Of a stretch of 64,000 bases of DNA, positions 41,601-55,900 are shown in pieces. The DNA is taken from positions 124,001 to 188,000 of the forward strand of contig JAAOMT010000071.1 of the NCBI GenBank assembly GCA_016748015.1. Direction: 5' to 3'. This stretch comes from Geosiphon pyriformis uo1 (Eukaryota > Fungi > Glomeromycota). The translations under genes were made by a program, and so were the position numbers. Under the pieces are notes generated by a model. It did not search any database. It saw nothing but the letters and a program-made list of their open reading frames with translations, and was not told the origin of the DNA. The stretch's first letter is position 1. Each line of letters opens with the position of its first letter.

Positions 41601-44600
41601 GCAGGATAATGACTTTTTTGGCAAATGAGATATTTAGAAAGAAATGGTTCAAGAATTTTGATAGTGTTTTTACTAAAGTTTCTTCAAAGTTTCATAAGTT
41701 AGAGCTTTTGGTTTCAAAAATTATCAGGGCTTTTTATAAAGGGAATTTCATTAGTTTTGTTTCTCTTATAAAGTTCTGGGACTCTATAGACAGTATCAAA
41801 GCCTCAGTTGTTTAGGATCTCATTGACTCTGGTGGGGCCTCTAATCGTGTTCACTTTGCTCTTTCTAACATTAGGAAGTCTTATTATGTGTCCAAGCTTG
41901 CTGAATCTCTGGCAGCTAAGGAAGCAAACATTAAAGCTGCTATAGATAAGAGGATGGAAAGCTTCAAGACAAATAAAAGTCATACTATTAGGAGTGTTCT
42001 GGAACACTCTTTCTGCAAAGGAGTTCTGGACCATCTGGTTGTTGATAACAAGCTTATTTTGGAGTCCAATTCAGTTAAATCTAAGGTGGACATCATTATA
42101 GAAGATTGGACCAAGAAGTGTGGTGTGGTTGCTAATGTCTCTGATGTTTGGTTTCGCCAATATCAGCTATTGAATTATGTTTTTGATAAAGCCTTTTCTG
42201 GTATAATGTGTTCAGTTAAGCTTAGTAAGCTGCTTAATGTGATTTTCAATCTGCCTAATAGCAAAGCTGCTGGTCTTTCAGGTATTACAAACAAGCTTTG
42301 GAAACCTTGTGACAAATCAATTCTGGATATGCTTTTAATGCTTTTAAACTTTTGTTTATCTTGCAAATCAGTGTCCAGATCTTGGATAGAAGCTTGGATC
42401 TCGATGATTCCTAAACCATATGAGTAAAAGAGTGTTTTCATGAATATTCACCCTATAGCTTTAATCAAAACAGCTCATAAGATCTTTTCCAAGATTCTTT
42501 CTGATAAAATTTCTTTGGCATGCAGCACTTTCAATGTTCTTCATGAGGACAATTTTTCAGTTTTAAAGAGTACAATAACTCAGTTTCCTATTTTTGCAGT
42601 TGGATCAGTGGTTGAGGATGCATTAGAAAACAATCAAGAACTTTGGCTGGTTTTGCAAAATATGCAGAAAGCATACAATTCAGTCAGCTAGAAACATCTC
42701 AAGAAAAGTTTGGTCAGGATTAAGATGTGTACAAGTTTATTTGGTTTTTTGGTAGTATTCATAAAAATTGTACCAACAGAGTAATGACAGACTTTGAGTT
42801 GATAAATGGTTATTGTGTACATGATGGTTTGGACCAAGGAGAAGTCTTTTTTCCTCTCCTGTGGCATATATTTTATGATCCTCTACTGTGCGAAGTCAAG
42901 AGGTAGGAAAGCATATATGGTTATAGATTAAGTTTTTATTTTATTTCAAAGAATAGTCATGCTGAGTCCCAGGCTGGACTTTTTTCTTTTTTTGTAGCTG
43001 GTGTTTTTATTGATGATACAATTTGGGTTGGTAGTAGTCGGGCAGCTATTTAACATATTCTCAACATCACTAGTGAATTTTTTTGGATAAATAACATTTC
43101 TATTAATAATGACAAAACAGTGGTCATTTCTATTAATAGCAGAGTCAGCAATCCTTCTCTTTCTATCAGTGGCTCACCAATCTCCATTGCTAAAAAGGGT
43201 GAATCTCATCAATATTTGGGTATCTTTCTCTCAACTGAGGGCCTATCAAAGCCTAGTTTGGTGAAGACAAATTCAAATGTTTGTTTTTTTACCAATCTGG
43301 TCTTGAAAAAGATTGTCTCAGATAAGCAGTTCTTATATTTGGTATCAGCAGTTCTTTATTCTATAGTTAATTATAAAATGCAGTTCAACATCATTCCCAT
43401 TGATATTTGCAACAAGTGGGATGCTTTGATTTATAAAGGCTTGAAGCTTAAATCTGACCTACTTCTTGATTTTTCTAGTGATACAATTTATCACACCTTC
43501 TTTTATGGTTTGAAGTCTTTTTTTCAAGTTTAGTCTGAAAGCAAGGTGGCCTTTCTTGTTAGTTTTGTGAACTCTGATGATATCCTGGGTTATTTGTTTT
43601 CTCACAGATCCCATGACTTGCAAGTTCTGTGCTGGTACTTTGTTCATCCATTGAGTTTTCCTGTTTGTATTTGTGTCAGTGTTTCTAATAACTTTCTGGT
43701 GGGCATAGTTTGTGTTCTTCTTAATTGCAATTTGTCTCTGGGTGGCTTTTTGACCAATCTCTTTTGGTTTTGTGGTGGGATCCCTATGTTTACTGTTTTA
43801 GATGACTCATAATTTCTTAGGTTTTTCTCTTTTCTCTAACAGTATAGTATTGTCTTTGTTAATCAACTTTATGATCATTGTGGTTCTGTTTTTGATTGGC
43901 ACACCTTTAAGCATTGGAAGAGATTAGACCCTCATGGCCCTGTTTTTGAGTGGTTCAAGCTTTTTGTTGCATTTCTCAATGATGGAGGTTTTTTTTTTAC
44001 TCACCCTTTGTCTTTTGAATGGTGTTAATTCTTTGAACATTCTTGAATCTCATGATTTTGTTTCTGTCTGTGATTGTCTTTTGCAAGTTGGTGCTAACAG
44101 TTTGTTGGTATATACAGATAGGTCTCTTAGTGGTCTGAGCACAGCTGGCTGTAGAACTGGTGTTGCCATTTTTTTTGAGGACATTGATTTGGGTTTAGGT
44201 ATTGGTGTGTCAGGTTTGATGTCATCTACATTGGTGAAGTTGCAGGCTATTGTACTGTCTCTGAAGTGTGTCCCTTTAATGAGCTCAGTTAAATTGTTTT
44301 CAAATAGCCAATCTGCTTTGGATGTCTGTAGATCAGAATTGGATCTGGCATGTCCCAACTTTCATAATCAGTGTTGGGTAGAGTGTTGTCATATTGTCAA
44401 TGTTATTTACAATAAGAATCCAAAGATCAGTTGACATAAGTTTAAAAGTCACTCTGGTGTTTTAGGAAATGAGTGCACTGATGCAATTGCTAGTAATGCT
44501 TCTCTCTCTAGTTGGCATTTTCTTCTTCACTTGGGTGAATGCTTCATAATGGCTAATGGTAGTGTTGTTTCAGACAATTCCAGACAATTTGTCTATAATA

Positions 44601-45522
44601 TTTATTATTTGGTTTGTTATGTATGCTGGGAGATTGGTTTTGGTTTCAGGTTTTTGGCAGACAGTTTGCTTTCTGAGGTTGATTGGCTCTGTTTATTTTT
44701 GGTTTGGCACTCTGACTTGCACATGGCCACCAGTTTTATCAGCAAACATTTGGCTAATACACATACTTATTTCATAAAAGCTCTACACCATTAGCTGCCA
44801 GTTGCCGTTTGGAAGCACCTTTATAATAGACTCTATCCAAGTGTTTTGTGTTTATATTGTAATAATGTAAAGACATCAGATCATATGTTCTTTTGTAAAA
44901 TTGATGATTCTGCTCATTGTCAGTTATTGGAATTCCATGTGAACTCCTGGAAGGCAGTTTCTGGTCTTTTTCATTCTTCTTCAGATGTATTATAACTGTT
45001 ATCATCCTATGTTTCTGACTTTTCTTTGTTCATAGCTCTTTATAAGAGTTTTGTTTTTGGTGGTTGGTTTTATGAGGCAGTTACCATCTTTCAAGATCCT
45101 AAGATTGCTTGTTTGGAGATTGTCAAATTTGTGTGCTCTCTTAGTCTTGCTTTTAAAAATAATATCTAGTCAGTTCATGCTAAATATTGTGCTTATATGG
45201 AGAAGAAAGGATTGATTTCCCTTGATGGCTCAGTTTTTGTCTCGGTTTCTGGTTTGGCCTCAGGATTGTCAGCTGGAGTGGTCAAATTGCTTGGCATTAC
45301 TGATGCTTTTGGTGTTAATTTTGGCTTTTGCAAATCTTGTTTGTTTTTTTCAGGCATAGGTAACTTAGTTTCAGTTTATATAGCTGTGTAGTGGTGTTCT
45401 GATTAGCCCAAGTGGCTGGTTATGTATGAAAAATACATGATTCACGCTTAGTATAGATTATTTCTTTGATGTATAGTACTAGGTAGTGCTTGGATCTTAC
45501 TTGTAAAGCTAATAAAAAAAAA
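38621..45522 (+). mobile_element. Full-length LINE copy 2 (ORF1 ~38755-40706; ORF2 40703-45391), degenerate
   Basis: 5' UTR shared with copy 0. CCHC CANCKQFGHVFDMC; APE MNDFVWRVATCNIRG; RT LQNMQKAYNSV, GLDQGEVF, FIDDT; RNase H VYTDRS. 3' UTR, then poly(A) at 45514-45522. Confidence 0.95.
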
Positions 45523-47736
45523 TTTAAATAGTATTTTTATTTTAGATATTTTAAATGTAAAATTGTATTATAAAATGACTGGTTTTTTAAAAAAATTTTG
45601 GTATAGCTTTTGAAAAATAATTGTTAAATAAACAGATCAAAATATTTAATTAAAAAATATTTTATTATTAAAAAAAACTTGATCCTAAAAGTTTTTATTG
45701 ATTTATAATTATTATTGGTTTTCTTTAAGAAAAATTTCTTATAAAACTGTTTCATTTTTTTATTTTAATTTTAATAATTATAATATTTTTAATTTTTATA
45801 ACTTATTAATAATTAAAAAATATTAAATAAATATGAATTTATTAATTATTAATATTTTTACAGATAATTCTTTAAAAAATTAAGATTTTATAATATAATT
45901 AATAATATTGTTACATATTTTTATAATTTAGATTTAAATATGAATATTTGAATTTTTGGCTTAATATTATTAATATTTACTATTTTATTTATGGTATATA
46001 TAATATAATTAATTGTATTAAATAAAAAACTAATTCTGGCATTAGCATAATTTTTAATAATATAATTAATAAAATAAACTAATATTACATATTAATAATA
46101 TAATATCTAAATTTTTATATAAGTTTAGATTTTATTAGTAAATATATAATTAATTTACATATATATTTAATAAAAATTATTTACAAACAGTTTTTTATTA
46201 CTGTTTAAAAATATTTTTATAATAAAAAATATTTTAAAGTATTTTGTTTTATTATAATAAGATCGAATTTTTAAATTATATTTTTATATGTAAATTGAAT
46301 ACTAATATTTGTTTAAAATTGTTAATAGATTTGTTAAAATATTGGATTTTTTTTCTGATATGTTGTTTTTATTGTTTTTTATAATATATTTACTTAACTT
46401 TAATATATTACATAATTTTTAATTGGTTTTTTTATTTGTTATTTAATTAAAAATTATAAAAATAAAATTTAATTATATAGATTTAAATATAAAATTATAA
46501 TAAAAAAAATAATTTGATTAATAATAATTCTTTTATTTTATACAACTTATATAATTTAGTCAAATGTTTTTTAGATAATATAATTCAATTACTTATTATT
46601 AATAAAATCTTTGCTATTAGTTTTGGTTTACATAATAAGTATGTTTTTTTTGGTTTAAATAATAGTATTAGTATTATTATAAGTATATAATATAATTTTG
46701 ATTAGCTTAAATAATAATTATATATAAAAAAAGTATAAATTATATCTAACTGTGAATTATTATAAGTAAACTTAGTAGAATATAATAGTAATGTTTGGTG
46801 CTCTAAATTTAAGTATAAAAAGCTTGAAATTTTTTTTGTAGATATATAAAACATGTTAAGATTATTAGTTTTTAAAGATCTGCTATGAATATAAATTTAC
46901 TTGTAGAATTTTTTGATTATAAGACACAAAGAAATAATTTGGCTGTTTGCTGTTTATATAAATAAACTATTTTCTTCAAGTTAGTTAAGTACAGTTATTA
47001 GAGTTTAATAGTGTTTTTTTATCTTTTTAATAAGCTATTAAGATAACTTTAATATTTAATCTTAAAAAAAGCTTCTTTTTTTTACCAAGCTATCATAAAA
47101 TTAATTTTCAAACAGTTAATTTTATAATATTGCCACTTTATAAAAAAATAAGTAAAAAAAAAATAAAAAATAAAAAAAATAAAACAAAAAAAAAATTAGT
47201 ATTATTAATTGTCATAATCAAGAGCAATTAATTTAAGTTATTATTGTTTTAAAGTGTTTTATGCTAAAAACATCTGATTGAAAATAATTAATTTAGTTTG
47301 AATATAAAAATTTGTAAATGATATACAAGTAATTTTGTTTTAAATATTTTCTTTATTTAAGATAATATAAGTATAAAATATAAGTATAATTAATCTAAAA
47401 AATATAGAATATAGGTAAAAAAATATTGGTTTTTGTTTATCTGTTTGTTTTTTTCTTTTTTGCTAAAACTACTTGTTTTTATACAGCATTTTTTAGTTTT
47501 ACAAAATTGCTTTCAATTATTTATTATTATTAACTATCTATTATTACTGTTGTTGTTTTGTTTTTTATATTATAATTAGTTATCTTATATTATAACTAGT
47601 TATTCTGTGCTATTTTATATTATTGTATATTATCTTATATTATTCTAAATTATTATATATTATTTTGTATTATTTTATGTTATCATATTTTTTTTATGTT
47701 ATTATGTTTTAATTATATTTTTTTAATAGTATTATA

Positions 47737-48535
47737 AGTAATTATTTAGAAGTTAAAACAAATAACAAACTCATAATTTGGTGCTTAATAGCTGGAAATA
47801 TTGGTAATCTCTAAAAATTTTGGTTGAGTTCTTTGTATAATGAACAGAAATTTAATTGATGGTTTTTTTTGTGAATTTTTTTTAGCATGGTAATTAATTT
47901 ATTCTGGCAGTTATGCTTTTCTGAAAAGCTATCTTTAAGTTTCTACTCTTGTTTTCAAATTTTTTACCAGATTATTCTGATGTCAAATATTTAGTGCTTA
48001 ATTATTTTAATTGATTAGTAAACAACAAAAAAAATAAAAAATTGATATTTTATTAATAGTTATAATCAAGAACTATTGGTCCAGTGTAATTAAGTATTGA
48101 ATTCTATTAATATAAAGTATTGATAGTGTAAAATAAATTAATATTTCTTTAATTAAGTAATAATAACATAAATTTGGATAATAATAGATGTTTTATTAAT
48201 ATAAGTATAATTTTACTTCAAATTATAAAAAACTGTTTTTTAAAGAAAGAAGTATTGTTGTTTTAAACTAAATTGTCTGCTTTTTTTGCTTTTAATATTT
48301 TTGTTATATGAGATTCTTTGAAATTTTTCAATTTTTTGAAAAAAATTCTGGAATTTTGGAATTCTAAAATTCTGCAATTCTTTAAAAAATTTTTTGAAAT
48401 TCTGCAATTCCTCAAAAAAAATTCTGAAATTTTTCTTTTAACTATGTCTATTTCTAATTGGCTATTTTATCTATTTATTATAATTCCTAATTTCTATAAG
48501 TAATATTATTTTCTTTTTTTAATATTAAACTTAAA
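47737..48535. repeat. ~0.8-kb direct repeat copy 1 (LTR plus adjacent leader/trailer); a more diverged relative lies at ~46770-47500
   Basis: Aligns along its length with 52044-52920; contains tandem gaaattctg(c/g)aattc units. Confidence 0.85.
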
Positions 48536-51500
48536 ATTTTCCAAATTTTTAGCTCTCCTAATCTATATTAATATGTAAATAAGATTTTAATCTGATAGCA
48601 GTTTTTTCAAAATATCTGAAATCAAACTCTGTATTAATATTATATATGTATTTTGACATAATATTTTTATTATTATTATTGAATTATTTAAGTTTTTGAT
48701 TGCTAATATTTTACTGAATGAAGTACCTTCAACTTTAACACTTGTCATTTGTTAGATCTTGTCTTTATTATATAGATAACCATTTAAACATGAGAATACT
48801 TGGTTCTATGTGGTGTTAAAAAATATTTTTTTGCTTATTTAGTTGTTAATAAAGATGGTATATTGGCATGAAATATTATACATTTTTTTTTGACCAAAAA
48901 TGTTATTTTATATTTTTTTGTTAAGTAGCATTTTTTCACAAGCAAAACACAATTTATTGTTATACTTTTCTTGTTTTTTTGGATACTCAAAGTGTTTTCT
49001 GTGATACAGTTTGCAATAGTAGCAAATATGTATCCAGTAGTTTTCTTTTGACAAAATTTAAGCTTCTATAAATGAAAGCTTTTTCTTATAGTCAATATAT
49101 CTAAGTAGAATATAAAGTAATTTTTTTCTTGGTTCTAATAAATAGAATATATATTAACTGTTGGCTGATTTTTTTGTAATAGTGGTGACTTGTAGTTTAT
49201 TTTCTTCTTTTTCTTTTCTTTTTTTATCCCAAAAAAAGATTGATAGTAGTTTGTTGTAATCATCATTAGTTCACAAGGCTTGATAGACTTTTCAGATAGA
49301 TTTATTTATTTATTTTTTAAATTCTATTAGTAATTGGGATAGAATTGTTTTAAAATGACTGCAGATAACTGGTACCCAAGTATTTTAACTATTTTTACTA
49401 AGTTGTAGTTTTTGAATATTTCAATTGAGCATGGCATTGGTTTTAAACAACTAGTTATTATTAATAAAAGCTTGGTACTATATGGTTTTTATAACAAAAA
49501 CTTTGATGGATACAATAATGCTATTAATTTCAAAAAAGAAGTTGTTAATTTTATCAATAGAAGTTTTGGTGGCTCTATTAGCAGTAATAATTCTGGTACT
49601 AGCAGCACAATTACTTTGGTAATCTAATTAGTTCATGAATTGTCATGTAATAATATTGTCTACTAAACCATTATTAAGAATTAGTTTAATAGAATGGCCA
49701 TCAATTTTGATATCAGTATACATAATAGTAATCAGTTTGGTATTAAGAATAGTTCTATTGAATAATAAGGTTTCTAATTGGTCTTTCAATTTAAATAAGA
49801 AAATAGTGGCTAGTAATTTGTTTCTGTAATGGTTGCTGATAAAATATTGTTGATGAGTGGTATTAGATTGATTTTTAGTAATTTAGGTGTTGTAATTTCT
49901 GGAGTTATTAGTAGACTTAAATAGTTCCAGAAATTCGAATTTTAGATATATCTACTTTCTAAACTCTGCTGATGTAATCTTAATGGCTGGTTTAATGAAT
50001 TGGAAATTGGTTAGTGTATTACTATTGCCAATTTTTAGTTTTGTTGGATATGTGTAATTCTCAATTTTTGGATTTTGTTTAATATTAGCACAGTATATTG
50101 AAGTGGTATTTAAATTTGTTAGGATTGATAAATTACTTGTGATTGTGATTAATAAATTACTGGTGCTAGAATTTGATATATTAAAGATATATATATAAAT
50201 TATTGTGTCATTAGTGTATAATAAAGTTGGTATGATTCCAATAATAAATTGTTAGTGTAATTCTGGATTTGAAATCTGCAATTAGAGCTTCTATATTAGT
50301 TTTTTAATCATAAGTTATTATATTTAGAGTGGCAATCTGCTTTTAGATAGCTTTATTTACTACAATAATAATAATTACACATTTTATGTTGCCATAGTTA
50401 ATTTAATAATAACAATGATAAACATAACTGTTGTTAGAATTAATGAAAATTTTCTTGGTTATTGTAACATTAAAAAAATTAATAAATTGTTTGATTGTTA
50501 ACCAAGTATTTTTCTAATTTCTGGTTAATAGAGTTACTAAATTGTTTTAATTTAGAATCCAATTTAGATAATTTATTCATCACTAAATTAATAGGTTAAG
50601 CATAATTGGCTTTGAGTTTTACTAATTTAAAATTTCTAATATAAGTAACTGTGTCTTGAAAAGTATTTGAGTACATTGGATATATTTGTTGTAACAAACT
50701 ACTACATAGTTTATGAATGAATTAATTTAAAATCTGTAGTACTATAAAGTAGTTAGTGTTAATTGCTTAAATTTGATGCAGATTTCTATGGAAGTATTCT
50801 AAATAAGTAGTGATTACTTTAATATTGTCTTGTTTAATAGTAATAAAGCTAATTAACAGACAATTAATACTGTTATTATTGTTGAAATACTATAAAAACA
50901 TGGTTGAACATGTTAAAATCTTGGAGTTTGTTTATAAAATTTTGATATTACAAGTTGACAATATTCTGAAAAAAGTATAAAATGACTTAAAATGTTCTGA
51001 TATTATCTTATTTATTGGCTGCAATGGCTTTTGCTATATTATTTAGTTATACTTAAGTATTGTTCTCTTTGCCAGTAAATTTCTCTAATTTGGCAATTGA
51101 TGCATATGTCATTTGTGTGAGTAATAATTATTGTTGTAGTTATTGCTAGACAGCAATTGGTATTACTAATAGTAAATTAATCAGGATAACTAAAGATAAG
51201 TTTTCTGAAAGAATAAGAGCTAAGTTTGAATTGTTTAAATTTGGCTGGATTTGAACAATTAGAGTTTGAATTTCCAGGTTATTTGAAATTGAATTTTGAT
51301 TATTATTTCTCTGATTATTGTTTTTTTTTGAATTAGTGTTTTTCTAATAACTAGTAGATTCGAAATTTGGTTGAAGTAACAGTAATCAAAGTCCTAATGG
51401 TATTGTTAATTGTAATTTAAATTCTTTAAATAAATTGCTGTAGATTTCTAATAGTTTGGCTTTTTTTAATTATTTTGAAATAGTATTTTAGATAATGATG

Positions 51501-52043
51501 TTTTTATTATTAACATTAATGTAGATCTAAATAATATGTGGATAGTATTTTTTGATGTATAATGATATAATAAGTAAATAAGTAAAATAATTCTTGGTTT
51601 TTTCCAAGTAAACAGTTGTATTTTTTTTGATATTTTTGCTGGAATTATAATTTTTTTTTGTTTACAAAAGTAATAAAAAATCTCTGTTAAATGTCATTCT
51701 TAATTTTTTAATTTATCTTTGTAATTAGTAAAACAAACAAATAATTTTGTGAAAGCATAATATTTTAAAGTAATTTACTATAAAAATTGTTGAGAGTGGT
51801 TTCTAGATTTCTTTGGTTTTTTAAGTAAGATTAATTTTTTTGTTAACATAGAAGTTAAAAGCTGATTCTGTTGGTCAATATTTACTTGTCAGTTTGAAAT
51901 GAGTTTAGTAATATTAAAATAAGAATTTGGCAAATCTTAAATAATTTGTTTCTATTATTTTTGATTCTGTTACTTTTTTGGTTAATTGCTATTAGTGCTG
52001 GTTTTCTGTTAAATTATATTTCACAAGAAACATCAAATATTAC
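48536..52043 (-). mobile_element. Decayed gag-protease segment (element D) between the direct repeats; no RT/RH/IN seen
   Basis: 50600-50900 reads FITIKQDNIKVITTYLEYFHRNLHQI*AI..QILN*FIHKL (retrotransposon gag-like). 49720->49450 reads IDGHSIKLILNNG..RIITAN (decayed ILDSG aspartic protease). 48700-49100 is homologous to 57600-57950. Confidence 0.7.
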
Positions 52044-52920
52044 AAGTAATTATTTGAGGTGTTAAAACAAATAACAAATTCATAACTTGGTATTTAATAA
52101 TTAAGAATATTAGTAATCTCTAAAGATTTTGGTTGAGTTTTTTGTATAATAAACAGAGATTCAATTAATAGTTTTTTCTGTGAATTTTTTTTTTAGCATA
52201 ATAGCCAGTTAATTCTGACAATTATGTTCTTCTAATAAGCTATTCTTAAGTTTCTACTCTTTTTTTTGGGTTTTTTACCAGACTATTTTTAACATTAAAT
52301 ACTCATTACTTAATTTTTTTAATTAATTAGTAAACAACAAAAAAAAAAGAAAAAAAGAAAATAAGAAATTAATATCCTATTAATAGCTGTGATCAAGAGT
52401 TATTGGTCTGGTATAATTAAGTATTAAATTTTATTAACATAGAGTGTTAATAATATAGAATAGATTACTATTTCTTTAATCAAGTAATAATAATATAGAT
52501 TCAAATAATAATAGATATTTTATTGATATAAATATAATTTTAGTTTAAGTTATAAAAAACTATCTTTTAAAAAAAGAAGTATTGTTGTTTTAAACTGAAT
52601 TGTCTATTTTTTTTGCTTTTAATACTTTCGTTATATATACATAATTTGTGTTATATGAGATTTTTTGAAATTTTTTATTTCTTTAAAAAAATTCTAGAAT
52701 TCTGGAATTTTGAAATCCTATAATTTCTTAAAAAAAATTCTGGAATTCTGAAATTCTGTAATTTCTTAAAAAAAAATTTGGAATTTTTTTTTACTACACT
52801 TATTTTTGATTGGTTATTTTATCTACTTATTATAATCCTAATTTTTATGAATAACAATAACTTTTGGATTGGTTTTTTTATTCAAATAATATTATTTTTC
52901 TCTTTTAAAATTAAGCTTTT
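52044..52920. repeat. ~0.85-kb direct repeat copy 2
   Basis: Aligns with 47737-48535. Confidence 0.85.
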
Positions 52921-55900
52921 GCAAAATTATATGTATTTATAAAAATTGTTTTTTTGGTATAATATTCAATTATTATGTTAAGTATTACTTTTTGTAAGTT
53001 TTTAAACTGTGTATTTGTTATTTATTTTATGTTGTTAACTGTAATAAACTTTAATAAACTGTTTAATAATATTGTTAAACAATATTTAAATGCTGAATTG
53101 GGCTGTTATCTTGTAGTATAATGTTAATTTATTTCTTCTGAAAAATTTTTCTACTTGTTTTAAAGCTTTTTTATTAAATGTTTATAAGTTGAGTTTTTTG
53201 CCAATTTTAAAAAATCAATATACTAGTAAAAGTCTTTTTTTTATGCTTTGGAGGTTTTTGGTGTCTATTTTTTTGTTATTAGTTCTATAGTTAGCTTATT
53301 TATGGCTTTTTTAATTTTATTAAACATATACAACCATGTATTTTTTTTCTTTTTTCTTGATTGATTATAAGAATAAAAACACTTAGTTTTTGTTAAACTC
53401 TTGTTTGTTTATTTTTTGTACAAATTTTTGTATTGTATTTTTTTTCTATTAATTGTAATTTCTATTAGTGTTATAAATTATTAAATTGTTTTAAATAGTT
53501 GTTTTGAAAGTTTTAGAATTTGATTTAAAAGATTCATGTTAAAAGTGCTATTAACTTCTTTTTTTTGCTGTTTTAGTTTTTATATATATTTAAATTTTTC
53601 AATTAAATTATTATATGTTAATTATATTTTAATAATAATAAATGATTCTAAATTTTGTGGTATATTTTCTGGTCTGATTAATAAAATTTGTGTTTTTAAT
53701 TAAAATATAAATAATAATTACTTTTAATTTGTATGATAAATTTTTAAACAATTTTTATGTGTTACTTTTTTTAAAATTCTGTCTTTTAATTATAATTTAT
53801 AAGCTTTATTGTTTAAAACTTTATGTATGTAAAATGATCTGTTCTATTTTGGATCAAACTTTCTATTCTATTGTTTTTTAGCTTTAATACAATATAATAA
53901 TATTTTGTTTTTAATCTTAAATTCAACTAGTTGATTAAGTAAGTGATTATTATATCTTTTTTTTTGTTATTTTTGAATATTATTAATATTATTAGCTGCT
54001 GTTTTATAATTGTTTTTTAATGTTTTCATAAGTTGATATGTTTTTTGATACAAAATATCTTTAAAATTTTTTTTAATAATTGTTTCTGTTAAGAAAAAAG
54101 ATATTTTTTATTTAATAAATAAAGTGGTTTTTTTTTATAAACTAGTTTAAATAATGTAAATTAAGTAATATTTTGCTTTAGTATTTAGCATATAAATAAT
54201 ACAGAGGATATAACTAAGTCTTATTTTTATGTATTTTTATAACTTATTTTTGCTAATACTTTACACAATGTTTTATTAAATTGTTCTATTAATTTGTTTG
54301 TTTATAAGTAATAAAGTGACAATAAAAATCGTTTTATTCTAAATTATTGGCTTAGTTTGGTTAGTATACTATTGACAAAATAAGTTTTTTAGTTAAATAA
54401 CAATTCTTTTGAACATTTATATTGGCAAATCAGATCTTGATATACAAATTTAAGTACTGTTTTAATATTTGTTACTTGAATAGCTTTGGCTTTAAGTTAT
54501 TTAATAAGATAATTTATAGCTATAGTAATATAACAATTTTTTTTGAATGTAATTGAGAAAAAACCAACCAAATTGATTCCAATTTTATTAAAAAAAATTT
54601 CAACTGGAATAAATCAAAGTGGTTTTATTGTTCTGGTTTTTTTTTTCTATTGATATAAGTTACAATTAAAAATATATTCAAAAATATTCTTATATATTAT
54701 TGGCCAATAGTATAAATTTATTGTCTTTTTTAGAGTTTTTGTTAAAGTGTTTTGCAATTAAATTAAAGTACATATTATATAAAACAGTTTCTTTTTTATT
54801 GTTTTTTATAACTTATTATGAGATAATATGATTTTAATATTCTTAACAGTATAGTTAATTATTTTGAATAAAATAATTATGAATTTGTTTTTATATAATA
54901 CTTTGTTTCTGTTGAGATAATTTTTTCTCAAACTAAAATATTAATAAATACTGGTTTAATTGCTAATAAATAGTTGTGTTTATGAATCTGGAATTAGATT
55001 TGCATTATTTTTAATAAACTATTGGCATTGGTGTTTTGGTCTTTTTTTATAATATACTTTATATAAAAATTGTTACAAATAAGTATTTTATCATAGATAT
55101 TTTTTTTTAATTGTGACTTACTAAGTAATCAAATAAAGTTATTGTAATTAGTATATATATCAAATAGTTGACAAAGATAATATTTCTAATTTTATATTAC
55201 TTAATAAATAATAAGATATTTCAAATCTGTTGTGCTATATATTTTTTTTATTGTATTGGTATTATAACTGACATAAATAATTGAATGTTTTAATTGTCTG
55301 GTTCAATTTGTAACAAGATAGCTTTTAATGCATTTTTTAAAACATTTATAGTAATTATAAAGCATTTATTGAAGTTTAGATAAATTAATATTGGTGTTTT
55401 TATTAGACATTGTTTGAAATAATTGAAAGTTTCTTGTTATTCTTTTCTTTATAAATACAGAACATATTTTAACAGTAGATAATAGAATGGTTTTGTAATG
55501 TTAAAAAATTTTTTAACAAATTTGCAATACTATCTAGCCAGTTTTAAAATTTTTTTTAGTTTTTATAAGTTAATTAGAGCTAAAAAGTTCTTAAATTTTT
55601 AAATCTTATTAGGATTTGGTTTTACTTTGTTTTTATTTATTATGTGTTCCAGAAATTTTAGTTTGGTCTTTTTAAAAAAGTATTTGTCTGAATTAAATTT
55701 TAGTTCAGTGCTTTAGAAGTAACCAAAAATTTGTTGAAGATAAAGCAGATAATTATTGAATATTTCTGAAAATATATTATTGTTTAAGTATATTACTACT
55801 AATTTTCAAAAAAAAAATTTATATATGACATTAATAAGATACTAAAAAATAGTAAAGACATTGCAGAATTCAAAAAACATTATATTGAATTTGAAATTTC

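Larger units (their letters stand above)
36560..46750 (+). mobile_element. Ancient, extremely AT-decayed LINE of the same family, interrupted by a Tc1 fragment and by LINE copy 2
   Basis: 36650-36900 and 37751-38600 align to RT (ORF 37829: VFVNNTIWI..TQYILNI..KFFEINNI vs AFVNDTIWV..TQHILNV..EFFRINDI). Colinearity resumes after 45522 (ggtatagcttttgaaaaataattg..cttgatcct). A 3'-UTR-like remnant lies at ~46680-46750. Confidence 0.75.

Noticed and set aside
47140-47195. A-rich run as poly(A) tail of the ancient LINE
   Set aside because: It matches the A-rich tract inside the LTR-leader repeat (48020-48040, 52330-52365) instead.
48318-48440. Short tandem units (gaaattctgcaattc) as a CRISPR-like array or small ORF
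   Set aside because: No unique spacers, eukaryotic context, and part of the direct repeat.
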